In this document: positions 1 through 9,535 of the stretch, in pieces
Numbering within the stretch: the first letter of the stretch is position 1
Layout of the letters: each line of letters begins with the position of its first letter
From: Ruthenibacterium sp.
Lineage (GTDB): Bacteria > Bacillota > Clostridia > Oscillospirales > Ruminococcaceae
Direction of reading: 5' to 3'
Assembly (NCBI GenBank): GCA_020025255.1
Contig: JAHHSK010000001.1
Span: 98 to 64,097, forward strand
DNA: 64,000 nt
Made by a program: the position numbers and the translations under genes
Notes under the pieces: model-generated
The model's input: the letters and a program-made list of their open reading frames with translations, nothing else
Database searches by the model: none
Told to the model about the DNA's origin: nothing

Positions 1-121
1 AAATCTCGTTTTCGAGCACTGGGATCGTGCGAAAGCCTATTTTCCAAAACGTTGCAGCACTTCATCAAGCAGCAAAGGAATCGCTTTGGTGCCGTGTGCA
101 TCCGCATTTACGGTTGCCTGC

Positions 122-153
122 ATACCGCGGTGCAGCATGCTGCACCGCGGTAT
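122..153. repeat. Perfect 32-bp palindrome with no loop
   Basis: ATACCGCGGTGCAGCATGCTGCACCGCGGTAT equals its own reverse complement; it lies just downstream of the stop of the 160..867 ATPase. Confidence 0.85.
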
Positions 154-159
154 CATTTC

Positions 160-867
160 TTAAAGCATTTCCAGGATCCTTTTTCGGTTTTGCAGGAACA
201 TTTGCGTGATCTGATAGCTTTCCGTATCTTCATAAGCACACGGCCGGATCGCGCCTTTTCCGAAATGCAGGATCTGTGCCCCCGGCATTCCCAACAGAAT
301 CGGGGAATGGGTTGCAATGATAAATTGCGAGCCGAGCGAAGCATACTTTTCCAGTTCCGCCAGCACGGTAAGCTGACGCTGCGGCGAAAGCCCCGCCTCC
401 GGTTCATCGAAAAGATATAAGCCATTCGCTCCGAGATAACCCTGCATCACGGAAAGAAAGCTTTCTCCATGTGATTGTTCATGAAAGCCCTGCGAGGGGT
501 GCCTGAAATCGCTGTACTCGATTTCTTGCGTTGCCACATTGTAAAAGCTTTCCGCCCGCAGGAAGTACCCATGCTTTTCTCTCCGGTAGCCTCGTGTCAG
601 TGCCAGCGCATCCGAAAGCTGTGAATGGGAATCAAAGGTGGAAAACGCATAATTCTTGCTGCCGCCTTCCGGGTTGAAGCCCGAAGCGATCGCGATTGCC
701 TCCAGCAGTGTTGATTTTCCGCTGCCGTTTTCTCCGCAGAAAAGCGTGATTGGCTTTTCAAGCAGAATTTCTCTTGTTTTTGCAATGGAATCAATATCGT
801 TCAGATAACTTTTTTGAGGCAGCTTATTCAATTCGATTTTAATTTTCCTTACAAACAATTCATTCAA
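160..867 (-). CDS. AAA/ABC-type ATPase (stand-alone, COG3910-like)
   Basis: Walker A GENGSGKS, signature-like SHGES, Walker B LFDEPE, H-loop IATHSP; TTG start after a G-rich RBS. Confidence 0.85.
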   Translation of the reverse strand: MNELFVRKIKIELNKLPQKSYLNDIDSIAKTREILLEKPITLFCGENGSGKSTLLEAIAIASGFNPEGGSKNYAFSTFDSHSQLSDALALTRGYRREKHGYFLRAESFYNVATQEIEYSDFRHPSQGFHEQSHGESFLSVMQGYLGANGLYLFDEPEAGLSPQRQLTVLAELEKYASLGSQFIIATHSPILLGMPGAQILHFGKGAIRPCAYEDTESYQITQMFLQNRKRILEML

Positions 868-921
868 ATGTCCTGCCCCCCTTTAGGCTGATTATATCCT
901 GCTTTGTTTCCGGTTTGCAGC

Positions 922-959
922 AAAAAGGGCGGTGTTCGATAGCTGAACACCGCCTCTTT
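922..959 (-). terminator. Probable intrinsic terminator of the SH3 lipoprotein gene
   Basis: GGCGGTGTTC / GAACACCGCC stem; the A5 run at 922-926 gives a U-tract on the minus strand. Confidence 0.6.
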
Positions 960-998
960 CAAAGGCTGACTCATACAGTTCCGGCTTACAGCAGCGGA

Positions 999-1865
999 TC
1001 AGTCATATGCAATATACAGATACGAAACATATCCCAGCTTGCCGTTGTATTCTACAAGAGCCCATTCGTTTTCCTTATTGCCGCGGCAGATAACGCGCGT
1101 ACCGTTCGGGATCACCGTGATCTTTGCACTTGTTTTATCCGGCTTTTCCCTCATATTCAGCCCTTTGGATGCGTATACCGTTACCGGCACCTGAACAAAT
1201 TCCTGCGATACCCAGCCGGTTTTGCCGCCATAGGTCGTCTTGATCCAGGAATCCTTCTGTTCCATGCAGGGGATGAGTGTGCCGTTGGGGATCGTCAGCA
1301 GCTTTTCATGATTTGTTCCCGGGCCGCTGCGCAGACGCAGCCCTCCATCCGCTTTGACCTGTCCGTCAAACAGTAAGTACACCGCCGATACCCAGCCCGT
1401 ATTGCCGTTATATGTTGTCTTTACCCAGCCCTGTTTCCATTCTGTGCAGGTAAGATGTGTGCCATCCGGAATCGTTGTGATTTTATCACTGTTGGCATCT
1501 GCCGCTTTCCTCAGGCGCAAGCCTCCGTCCGCCCGCACTGTGGCAGCGCGCGCAGTTTTCTGTGAGGAAGCCGCACTTTCCGGCTTGGAAGATGCACTTT
1601 CCGATTTGCTCGCAGAGCTGCTTTCCGGCTTACTTGCAGAGCTGCTTTCCGGTTTGCTTTCGGGATCACTTTCCGGCTTGCTTGCAGTGCTGCTTTCCGA
1701 TTTGCTTTCGGAATCACTTTCCGGCATTGATTCAGGCTGCTGTACCGCGTGTGATTCGCCAGTGCTTTGCGAAGACGGCGAAGGCTTTTTTTCCTTGCCG
1801 CAGCCCGTCAGCAGCAATGCTGCACACAATATCACGGCTCCCAGTTTCCACACGTTTTTCTTCAT
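999..1865 (-). CDS. Lipoprotein with Ser-rich linker and three bacterial SH3 (SH3b) domains
   Basis: Signal peptide with lipobox LLTG-C, an S/K/P/E repeat linker, then three repeats of V-x-A-x-x-GL-x-[LM]R...IP[DN]GT...W...Y-x-G-x-x-G[WY]VS. Confidence 0.85.
   Translation of the reverse strand: MKKNVWKLGAVILCAALLLTGCGKEKKPSPSSQSTGESHAVQQPESMPESDSESKSESSTASKPESDPESKPESSSASKPESSSASKSESASSKPESAASSQKTARAATVRADGGLRLRKAADANSDKITTIPDGTHLTCTEWKQGWVKTTYNGNTGWVSAVYLLFDGQVKADGGLRLRSGPGTNHEKLLTIPNGTLIPCMEQKDSWIKTTYGGKTGWVSQEFVQVPVTVYASKGLNMREKPDKTSAKITVIPNGTRVICRGNKENEWALVEYNGKLGYVSYLYIAYD
1571..1726 (-). repeat. Degenerate 12/24-bp coding tandem repeat (SKPES-type linker)
   Basis: Recurrent AAGCCGGAAAG(T/C) units encode ...ASKPESDPESKPESSSASKPESSSASKSESASSKPESAAS. 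Confidence 0.75.
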
Positions 1866-1986
1866 TCCAACGCACTTCCCTTCTTGCCCTTTCGGCAGTT
1901 TCTACCCTGTATACGATAAAAAACTGCCAATTCTTTCATTTTTCTTTGTTTTTCCAAGAAAAGATGCGTTTTCAATTTATTCTTTC

Positions 1987-3204
1987 TTATTCTGCATACA
2001 GCGAAATGATATTCAAAATCACCTCGACCGCCTTATCCATGCTTTCTGCTGTGATGCATTCATAAGGGCCGTGAAAATTGTACCCGCCCGTACCGAGGTT
2101 CGGGCACGGCAGCCCCATATACGAAAGACGTGCACCATCGGTGCCGCCGCGTGTTGCTTCCTCGTACCATTGCACGCCTGCCTGTTCACACGCCTTTTTC
2201 GCGTTATCGATCAGATGCATGCAGGGACGGATCCGTTCCAGCATATTGTAATAGCTGTCTTTTACCGTCAGCTCCACCTTCGCCGTCGGATATTTTGCCC
2301 CAAGATGCGCTGCAATCCGTTCCAGCTGCGCCTTGCGTTCTTCAAAGCGTGCGCGGTCATGATCCCGCACGATGTAATCTGCCTGTGCCTGCGCCGCATC
2401 GCCCGAAACGGATTCCAAGAAGAAAAAGCCCTCGTAGCCTTCCGTGTGTTCCGGCACTTCCAAGGACGGCAGCATTGCATCGATTTGTGCAAGCAGCTTT
2501 AAAGCATTCACCAGCACATCCTTAGCACTGCCCGGATGCACCGAAACACCGGTCACATTAAAATGCGCACTGGCCGCATTGAAGTTTTCATACGAAATGC
2601 CCCCGGTTTCCCCACCGTCCATAGTATACGCATAATCTGCTCCAAAGCGCTGCACATCAAAGTGATCGGCGCCTTCGCCCACTTCCTCATCGGGTGTGAA
2701 TGCGATTTTGACTGCGCCGTGCGGAATGCTGCTGTTGATAAGCGTTTCACATGCTGTCAGGATTTCCGCAATGCCTGCCTTGTCATCGGCACCGAGCAGT
2801 GTGGTGCCGTCCGCAGTGATCAGCGTTCTGCCCTTCAAATCCTTCAGGAACGGAAAATCCTCGGTTTTCATCACAAGGCCGCTGTCACCCAGCACCACAT
2901 CGCCGCCGTTGTAATTTTTATGGATCAGCGGATGCACATTTTCACCGGAAAAAGCGGGGGCTGTATCCATATGCGCGATCCAGCCGATCACCGGCTTATC
3001 TTCCATGCCCTTTGTAGCCGGGATGCTTGCATACACATAACCCAGCTCGTCCATTTCGGCATCGGCAATCCCCATTGCCTTCATTTCCTGCACCAGCATT
3101 CGCCCCAGATCCTTCTGACGCGCTGTTGTGGGCGTACATCCGGTTCCCTCCTGCGAAGTGGTGTATACTTTTACATATTCCAAAAGACGTTCATATGCTT
3201 TCAT
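1987..3204 (-). CDS. pepT: Peptidase T (M20 tripeptidase)
   Basis: Motifs AHMDTA, LLGADDKAG, FTPDEEVGEG, RGGTDG, NFHG. Confidence 0.95.
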   Translation of the reverse strand: MKAYERLLEYVKVYTTSQEGTGCTPTTARQKDLGRMLVQEMKAMGIADAEMDELGYVYASIPATKGMEDKPVIGWIAHMDTAPAFSGENVHPLIHKNYNGGDVVLGDSGLVMKTEDFPFLKDLKGRTLITADGTTLLGADDKAGIAEILTACETLINSSIPHGAVKIAFTPDEEVGEGADHFDVQRFGADYAYTMDGGETGGISYENFNAASAHFNVTGVSVHPGSAKDVLVNALKLLAQIDAMLPSLEVPEHTEGYEGFFFLESVSGDAAQAQADYIVRDHDRARFEERKAQLERIAAHLGAKYPTAKVELTVKDSYYNMLERIRPCMHLIDNAKKACEQAGVQWYEEATRGGTDGARLSYMGLPCPNLGTGGYNFHGPYECITAESMDKAVEVILNIISLYAE

Positions 3205-3209
3205 TTTAT

Positions 3210-4577
3210 TTATTCCTTTTCTTGCTGTTCTTTTTTACGGCTCAAGCGGTGCGATGCACTGGGCTTCGGTTCCGCCTCTTCCTTTTTTTCAACACGGGTG
3301 ATCGTCACCTTTGTGACGGCACGCGGGGTCGCCTGTGCAACCGTCAGCACGATGCAACCGTCCTCCATTGCAAGCGTTTCCCCTGCCGTTGGGATCTTAC
3401 CCAGCTTTTCTGTAATGAATCCGCCAATCGTTTCACTTTCCACATCCGGCTGTGTTCCGATGATTTCTTCCAGTTCTTCCAGCGTCACATCGCCATCTGC
3501 TTCATACATATTTTCCGCAAGCTGTACAATGCCTTCCTCGTCATGTTCGTCATCCAAATCGCCCACGATCGTTTCCAGCAGGTCTTCCAGTGTCACCATG
3601 CCCTCTGTGCCGCCATATTCATCCACAACGATTGCAAGATGCATGCGCTTTTTCTGGAATGCGTGCAGCAGATCCGAGCAGGTCATGCTTTCGGGCACAT
3701 ACATCACGCTGCGCATCAGTTCTTCCGGCTTCATCCCGGCGTTTTCGCCCGGGCCCAAAAGCGGCACCAGATCCTTCATAAACACAGCGCCCACAATGTC
3801 GTCCAGATCCTCCCGGTAAACCGGGATGCGGGAAAAATGATTTTCTTTTTGCAGCAGCATGATCTCTTCCAGCGATGCCGTGACCGGAACGCCCACAACA
3901 TCGGTACGGTGCGTCATGATTTCGGAAACCTTTCGGTCATCGAATTCAAAAATATTGCGAATCATCTCATGCTCGCGCTCATCGACAGAACCATTTTCTT
4001 CCCCGGCTTCTACCAGCATCAGGATATCCTCTTGCTCTACGGTTTCGTTATCCCCTTCCGGCCCGATCCCCATCGGACGCAGTACAAGGTTTGTGGATGC
4101 CGCAATCAATCGGATCAAGGGACGGCAAATATGGTTGAGCGCCCAGATGATGTTTACCACGTTCAATGCCACACCATCCGGATTTCGCATTGCGATCCGC
4201 TTGGGTGCAAGCTCACCGAAGATCAGCATAAAATAGGACAGGATCATTGTGATGATCACCACGATCAGCCCATGGAGCGCCGCAGGGGAAATCGGCAGAA
4301 ATGCCAGCATCTGTACGATCGGTGCCGCAAAGCTTTCTGCTGCGGCAGCCGATGCCAAAAAGCCGGAAAGGGTGACACCGACTTGAATCGTCGCCAGAAA
4401 ATCAGAAGGGGCATCGGTAATGATCAAAAGCTTCTTTGCGCGCGGATTGCCTGCTTCAGCAAGGCGTTTCATTTTCTGTGTGTTGACGGATACCACCGCA
4501 AATTCACTCATTGCAAAAAAAGCGTTCGATGCGATCAGGCAGATCTGCAGCAGCAGACCCGGAAGGACATTGTCCAT
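3210..4577 (-). CDS. Hemolysin/CorC family CNNM-CBS protein
   Basis: N-terminal NAFFAMSEFA, IFGELAPK, CBS pair (HFSRIPVY, VVDEYGGTEG), C-terminal CorC domain (ETIGGF). Confidence 0.9.
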   Translation of the reverse strand: MDNVLPGLLLQICLIASNAFFAMSEFAVVSVNTQKMKRLAEAGNPRAKKLLIITDAPSDFLATIQVGVTLSGFLASAAAAESFAAPIVQMLAFLPISPAALHGLIVVIITMILSYFMLIFGELAPKRIAMRNPDGVALNVVNIIWALNHICRPLIRLIAASTNLVLRPMGIGPEGDNETVEQEDILMLVEAGEENGSVDEREHEMIRNIFEFDDRKVSEIMTHRTDVVGVPVTASLEEIMLLQKENHFSRIPVYREDLDDIVGAVFMKDLVPLLGPGENAGMKPEELMRSVMYVPESMTCSDLLHAFQKKRMHLAIVVDEYGGTEGMVTLEDLLETIVGDLDDEHDEEGIVQLAENMYEADGDVTLEELEEIIGTQPDVESETIGGFITEKLGKIPTAGETLAMEDGCIVLTVAQATPRAVTKVTITRVEKKEEAEPKPSASHRLSRKKEQQEKE

Positions 4578-4858
4578 AAAATCAAATCTTTCTCCTTTAT
4601 TATTTCATTATAAACATATGAAAATGTTTGCTTTCAATATACCAGAAGCATTGCTTTTGCGTCAATCGGCGTTTTCGGGCAAAATATTGGCATCGCGCCT
4701 TAATTATGCTATACTGTATAACGTTATATTATCCGTTCGGAACAATGCTCATTCGCGCGTCTGTTTTTGCGGTTTTGCTTTTTTCGGCGGCACTCTGCTT
4801 ATTCCTGCCCGTCTTTTTCCGAGGTGTTTTGTATAAATTCAAACGCTTGACGATGATT

Positions 4859-5159
4859 GGCACTGCCCTGAGGACTCCGCTTTTTTATGAGTGCCGGGCA
4901 TTTCTTCCCGGCTGTATGCCTCCGTACTTCTGCTGAACGCCCTGAAGCTTTGGCTGAAGGCGGCTTCGTTCTGGCCGGAATTCACCGCAGCGGTGTGGAA
5001 CAGGCGGTTGCTGCTGCGGTTGCCATGAATGGGAACGGTGATTTCGGCATCCCGGTTCCGGATTATGCGCAAGACAACGTATCCCTCTAAGCGGTAAAGA
5101 TCATCCAAAGCGGTGTCGGCATCGTCAACAAAATAGTTTGGCACAAAAACGAATGGTAA
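4859..5159 (+). pseudogene. 3' remnant of a non-hydrolysing UDP-N-acetylhexosamine 2-epimerase (FnlC/CapG/WecB type)
   Basis: Reads GT..PEDSAF(frameshift)MSAGHFFPAVCLRTSAERPEALAEGGFVLAGI...GDFGIPVPDYAQDNVSL*(5088-5090)AVKIIQSGVGIVNKIVWHKNEW*. This follows the family C-terminus (SGTLPEES...RxxTERPE...NVSxKVVKIIQSY) across an in-frame stop. Confidence 0.75.
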
Positions 5160-5171
5160 AGGAGCTTTCTC

Positions 5172-6395
5172 ATGAGCAAAAAGCGTATTTTAGTTGTTGC
5201 ACAGCATTATTGGCCGGAAAATTTCCGCATCACTGATATCTGCAAAGGCTTTGTCGATGATGGTTATGAGGTGGATGTGCTGTGCGGGCTGCCGAACTAT
5301 CCGAAGGGCGAATGGTTCGAAGGCTATCGGTATACCGGCCCGCGGCGTGAAACGCACGATGGTGCTGAAATATTTCGCGCCGGAGAGATCCGCCGCAAAG
5401 GCAACACCAACATCCGCATCTTTCTCAATTACATATCCTTTCCCGTTACGGCACTGTTCAGTCTGTTCCGTCTGCACGGGCGCCGGTATGATGCCGTATT
5501 CAGCTATGAAACAAGCCCGGTGCTGATGATGCTGCCCGCGATCGTTTATGCAAAGCTGCACCGCATTCCGCTTACGACCTATGTTTTGGATCTATGGCCC
5601 GAAAACCTGTATGCGGCACTGCCGATTGAAAACAAGGTGCTGCGCAGCATTGCACAGGCCGTATCCGAATGGTTCTACCGGCGCAGCGAACGCCTGATTG
5701 CCATGAGCCCAGCACTGGAACAGCGGCTTGAAAAAATCGCGCCGAAAGCGCAGCGCACGGTGATCCCGCAGTACTGTGAGGATTTTTATGCGCAGGATGT
5801 TCACGATGACGCGCTCAAAGCCCGTTTTGCGGGTCGATTCAATGTTCTTTTTGCCGGAAATATCAGCCCGATCCAGGGGCTTTCCATGCTGGTGGACGCG
5901 GCATCGCGTTTAAAGCAGGACGGTCGCAGTGATATCCATTTTGTGATCGTCGGAGATGGCATGAGCCGCCAATCGCTGGAACAGGAGATTGCTGATGCCG
6001 GTGTCAGCGAGTGGTTTACCTTTGAAGGGCAGCACCCCGTCACCGATATTCCCGCCTATCACACCATGGCAGACGCCCTGTTTGCCGCTTTGAACGACAG
6101 CGAGGATGTCGGCCTTACTGTGCCTGCAAAAATCACAAGCTATCTTGCAGCAGGCCGTCCGTGCCTTGTCAGTGTGAACGGCGAAGCCGCCCGCGTTGTC
6201 AGTGAAGCAAAGGCCGGCCTTACCAGCCCCGCGGGCGATAACGCCGCCTTTTATGAAAATCTGCTGAAAATGGCGGCACTTTCCGAGGAAGACCGCGCTG
6301 AATTCGGGCGCAGCGGGCGCAATTATTATCTGGCCAATTTCCGCCGCACCCCGCTGCTGCGTGCGCTGGAAGAATTTATTCTGAACGGGAACTGA
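5172..6395 (+). CDS. Glycosyltransferase family 4 (WbuB-like)
   Basis: QHYWPE, GLPNYPKG, LDLWPE, FAGNI, PAKITSYLAAGRP; AAGGAG RBS. Confidence 0.9.
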   Translation: MSKKRILVVAQHYWPENFRITDICKGFVDDGYEVDVLCGLPNYPKGEWFEGYRYTGPRRETHDGAEIFRAGEIRRKGNTNIRIFLNYISFPVTALFSLFRLHGRRYDAVFSYETSPVLMMLPAIVYAKLHRIPLTTYVLDLWPENLYAALPIENKVLRSIAQAVSEWFYRRSERLIAMSPALEQRLEKIAPKAQRTVIPQYCEDFYAQDVHDDALKARFAGRFNVLFAGNISPIQGLSMLVDAASRLKQDGRSDIHFVIVGDGMSRQSLEQEIADAGVSEWFTFEGQHPVTDIPAYHTMADALFAALNDSEDVGLTVPAKITSYLAAGRPCLVSVNGEAARVVSEAKAGLTSPAGDNAAFYENLLKMAALSEEDRAEFGRSGRNYYLANFRRTPLLRALEEFILNGN

Positions 6396-6504
6396 CCGCC
6401 GGCGTGTGCCGCAGCGGATGTGCCCGCATATTCTGACCTTACAATATTCACGGGCTGCTTTTTATGCCCTATTTCTGCTTGCCAAATCTTCAGGGGGGGA
6501 ATCT

Positions 6505-6687
6505 ATGAATCTGACGATCACCATTGTTGTGCTGGTTTTGATGCTGTACATTCCGGTTTCGGCGCTGATTGCACTGATCGTTGCCCTGTGTACCCGAAAA
6601 AAGGACACAGCCTCGTTTCAGCGCACCTTCCGATCGGTGTTCTGGGATTTCTTTTCCGAACTGCTGAATCCGTTCAGCTGGTTTTGA
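6505..6687 (+). CDS. Small membrane protein (60 aa), hypothetical
   Basis: G-rich RBS before ATG 6505; hydrophobic N-terminal helix then an amphipathic tail. Confidence 0.6.
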   Translation: MNLTITIVVLVLMLYIPVSALIALIVALCTRKKDTASFQRTFRSVFWDFFSELLNPFSWF

Positions 6688-6751
6688 TCCCAGCCTTATC
6701 CGGTTTCTGCCAAGCCGGTTCGGTCTGCTGCGAGCATCCATTCTGATACAG

Positions 6752-6788
6752 AAAAAGCGGAGGGAATCCCTCCGCTTTTTTCTTTTTT
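6752..6788. terminator. Bidirectional terminator
   Basis: AAAAAGCGGAGGG-AAT-CCCTCCGCTTTTT between convergent genes. Confidence 0.8.
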
Positions 6789-6832
6789 CCGGTGCAGCCC
6801 GGATGTTTTTCGTTCCAACGCACTCTGTCGTT

Positions 6833-8230
6833 TTATTCGATTACGCTTATCTGCGGGCCTTTCGGCGTATCCTTGACTGCATAGCCCTTTGCCGCCAGCT
6901 CGGCGCGGATCTCATCTGCACGCGCCCAGTTCTTTTCCTTTTTCGCGGCAGCGCGTTCTTCCACCAAAGCCATAACCTCTGCCGGGATCTCATTCTTTTT
7001 GCGGTTGTACAGGATGCCCAGAACACCGGTCAGCTCATCAAACGTCTTTGCTGCCTGTTCCAATGCTTCGCGGCTGCTTTTTGCTTCATAGGTGTTGATT
7101 TCACGCACAAAATCAAACAGTGCCGCCAGTGCGTCCGGCGTATTGAGGTCATCATCCATCGCCGTGCAGAATTTTTCAACCGCCGTTTTTGCCTTTTCCT
7201 TCAGCGTTTCATCCGTGCCGTGCGCATTTTCGATTGCAAAATCCAGATTATCACGGCAGGTGTAAATACGCTCCAAGCTTGCCTTGCATGAACCGATCAG
7301 CTCGGCTGTATAGTTGAGCGGGCTGCGGTAATTGCCCGTCAGCAGAAAATAGCGGATCGGCTCATAGCCGTACACCTCGCTCAGCTCGCGCACGGTAAAG
7401 AAATTGTTTGCGCTTTTGCTCATCTTGTGGTTATCAATGTTCAAAAAGCCGTTGTGCATCCAATAATGGGCAAAGGTGCATCCGTTTGCACATTCGGATT
7501 GGGCGATTTCGTTTTCATGGTGCGGGAAAATCAAATCTTCGCCGCCCGCGTGAATATCGATTGTCTTGCCCAGATGCTTTCTTGCCATAGCGCTGCATTC
7601 GATATGCCAGCCGGGGCGGCCTTTGCCGTACGGACTTTCCCAGTACGGTTCCCCGGGCTTTGCCGCCTTCCAAATGGCAAAATCAGCAGGGTCTTCTTTT
7701 AAGCCGTCATCCATGCGGCTGCGCAGTTCCCGGTTGCCGCTTTCCAAATCCTCCAAAACAAGGTGCGAAAGCTTGCCGTAATCCTTGAATTTCTTGGCAC
7801 GGAAATAAACATCGCCGTTCTTTGCAACGTATCCATAGCCTTTTTCAATAATATCGGCAACGATCGAAAGGATCTCATCGATATGCTCCGTCGCACGCGG
7901 ACGCACCGTAGGCTCCAGCACGTTCAGCCCTTTGCAGTCGCGCAGGAATTCTTCCTCATAGCGGTGTGCGTATTCCTGCATGGGGATCCCTGCCTCGTTT
8001 GCTTTTGTGATGATTTTATCATCAATATCCGTAATATTGGATACAAACAGCACCCGGTTGCCGCGATATTCCAGATAACGCCGCAGCGTATCGAACACGC
8101 ATACCGGCCGTGCATTGCCGATGTGGATAAAATTATATACCGTTGGGCCGCAGACGTAAATGCGATATTCGCCTTCCTGAATGGGAACCAGTTCTTCTTT
8201 TCGGCGTGTCAATGTATTGAATACTTTCAT
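6833..8230 (-). CDS. cysS: Cysteine--tRNA ligase
   Basis: CGPTVY, HIGN, PGWHIECS, FPHHENE, KMSKS. Confidence 0.97.
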   Translation of the reverse strand: MKVFNTLTRRKEELVPIQEGEYRIYVCGPTVYNFIHIGNARPVCVFDTLRRYLEYRGNRVLFVSNITDIDDKIITKANEAGIPMQEYAHRYEEEFLRDCKGLNVLEPTVRPRATEHIDEILSIVADIIEKGYGYVAKNGDVYFRAKKFKDYGKLSHLVLEDLESGNRELRSRMDDGLKEDPADFAIWKAAKPGEPYWESPYGKGRPGWHIECSAMARKHLGKTIDIHAGGEDLIFPHHENEIAQSECANGCTFAHYWMHNGFLNIDNHKMSKSANNFFTVRELSEVYGYEPIRYFLLTGNYRSPLNYTAELIGSCKASLERIYTCRDNLDFAIENAHGTDETLKEKAKTAVEKFCTAMDDDLNTPDALAALFDFVREINTYEAKSSREALEQAAKTFDELTGVLGILYNRKKNEIPAEVMALVEERAAAKKEKNWARADEIRAELAAKGYAVKDTPKGPQISVIE

Positions 8231-8261
8231 CGTTTTCTCCTCCCTGAAGGGATGGTTTGTT

Positions 8262-9518
8262 TTATTTCAGCTTCATCATGCCTTGCGCCCCCAGAAGCAC
8301 TCCGGCACGCGCTGCATTGAAGTTGATGCCTCCCTGCATATAAACCGTGTACGGTGCACGAACGGGGCCATCGGCCGAAAGCTCGATGCTGCTGCCCATA
8401 GTAAAGGCTCCCGCAGCCATGATGACCGGGTCCTCATAACCGGGCATATCACTGGGGATCGGTGCCGCAAAGCTGTCCACCGGGCTTCCCTGCTGCACAC
8501 CGCCGCACAGAGCCTGCATGCCTTCCGGGCTGCCGGTTTCCACACTTGTGATAATATCATTGCGATCCTCGGTATATTTCGGGGTGGCGGCATAGCCCAG
8601 AACTTCAAACAGTGCCGAAGCGTAAACGCTTGTCTTCAACGCTTCGCACACCACACCCGGCGCATAGTAAAGGCCAAGATACAAATCGCGCAGTGTATCC
8701 AGCGTACACCCGATCTCAGCGCCGACACCGGGCGCTGTCAGCCGATGTGCGCACAGCTCCACAAGGTCTGCACGGCCTGCGATGTAACCGCCGGTCGGGG
8801 CAATGCCGCCGCCCGGATTCTTGATCAGGCTGCCTGCCATAAGGTCTGCGCCGCGCTGCGTCGGTTCCTGCTTATGCACAAATTCGCCGTAGCAGTTATC
8901 CACCATAACAATGATATCCGGCTGCACCGCTTTTGCCGCTTTGCTGATCGCTTCGATCTGATCGAGCGAAAGAGCCGGGCGTGCGGCATAACCGCGGCTG
9001 CGCTGAATATAGCACATCTTTGCCCCCTTGCACTTTTCGGCAATCCCGGCAAGATCCGGCGTACCGTCGCAAAGCAGTTCCACCTCGTCATATTCTATGC
9101 CGAAGTCAATCAGGCTGCCGTAATGCGTGCCGTCAATGCCAATGACACCTTGCAGCGTATCATACGGACGCCCCGCAGCGGAAACCATGCGGTCGCCCGG
9201 GCGCAAAACCCCAAACAATGCCACAGTCAGCGTGTGGGTTCCGGACATAAAGCTGCTGCGGAAAAGCGCGGCCTCGCTGCCCGTCACCTGTGCAAATACC
9301 TGCGCCAGCTTTTCGCGTCCGGCATCATCCATGCCGTAGCCGGTTGTACCCACGAGATGATTTCCCCCGACATGATTATCGGTAAATGCGCGCAGCATTT
9401 TCAGCTGATTGTATTCCTTGATTTCTTCCAGCTCGGCAAAGCGTTCTTTGCACAGCTGCATCGCCTTCGCATCCGCATCCAGCAGCGAACGCGACAAATC
9501 ATAAAATTCCTCGATCAT
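8262..9518 (-). CDS. Methionine gamma-lyase family PLP enzyme (YnbB/aluminium-resistance type)
   Basis: GxPYDTL, IQRSRGY, VDNCYGEF, GSLIKNPGGG, GSSIELSADGP. Confidence 0.9.
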   Translation of the reverse strand: MIEEFYDLSRSLLDADAKAMQLCKERFAELEEIKEYNQLKMLRAFTDNHVGGNHLVGTTGYGMDDAGREKLAQVFAQVTGSEAALFRSSFMSGTHTLTVALFGVLRPGDRMVSAAGRPYDTLQGVIGIDGTHYGSLIDFGIEYDEVELLCDGTPDLAGIAEKCKGAKMCYIQRSRGYAARPALSLDQIEAISKAAKAVQPDIIVMVDNCYGEFVHKQEPTQRGADLMAGSLIKNPGGGIAPTGGYIAGRADLVELCAHRLTAPGVGAEIGCTLDTLRDLYLGLYYAPGVVCEALKTSVYASALFEVLGYAATPKYTEDRNDIITSVETGSPEGMQALCGGVQQGSPVDSFAAPIPSDMPGYEDPVIMAAGAFTMGSSIELSADGPVRAPYTVYMQGGINFNAARAGVLLGAQGMMKLK

Positions 9519-9535
9519 TACTTTTTATTCCTCTT

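Noticed and set aside
160..867. ATPase as part of an anti-phage system
   Set aside because: No partner nuclease or toxin gene is visible in the window; stand-alone homologues are common.
1571..1726. Possible CRISPR-like repeats
   Set aside because: Degenerate in-frame coding repeats with no unique spacers and no cas genes.
8231..8261. T-box leader for cysS
   Set aside because: Only 31 nt separate cysS from the upstream gene, too short for a T-box.
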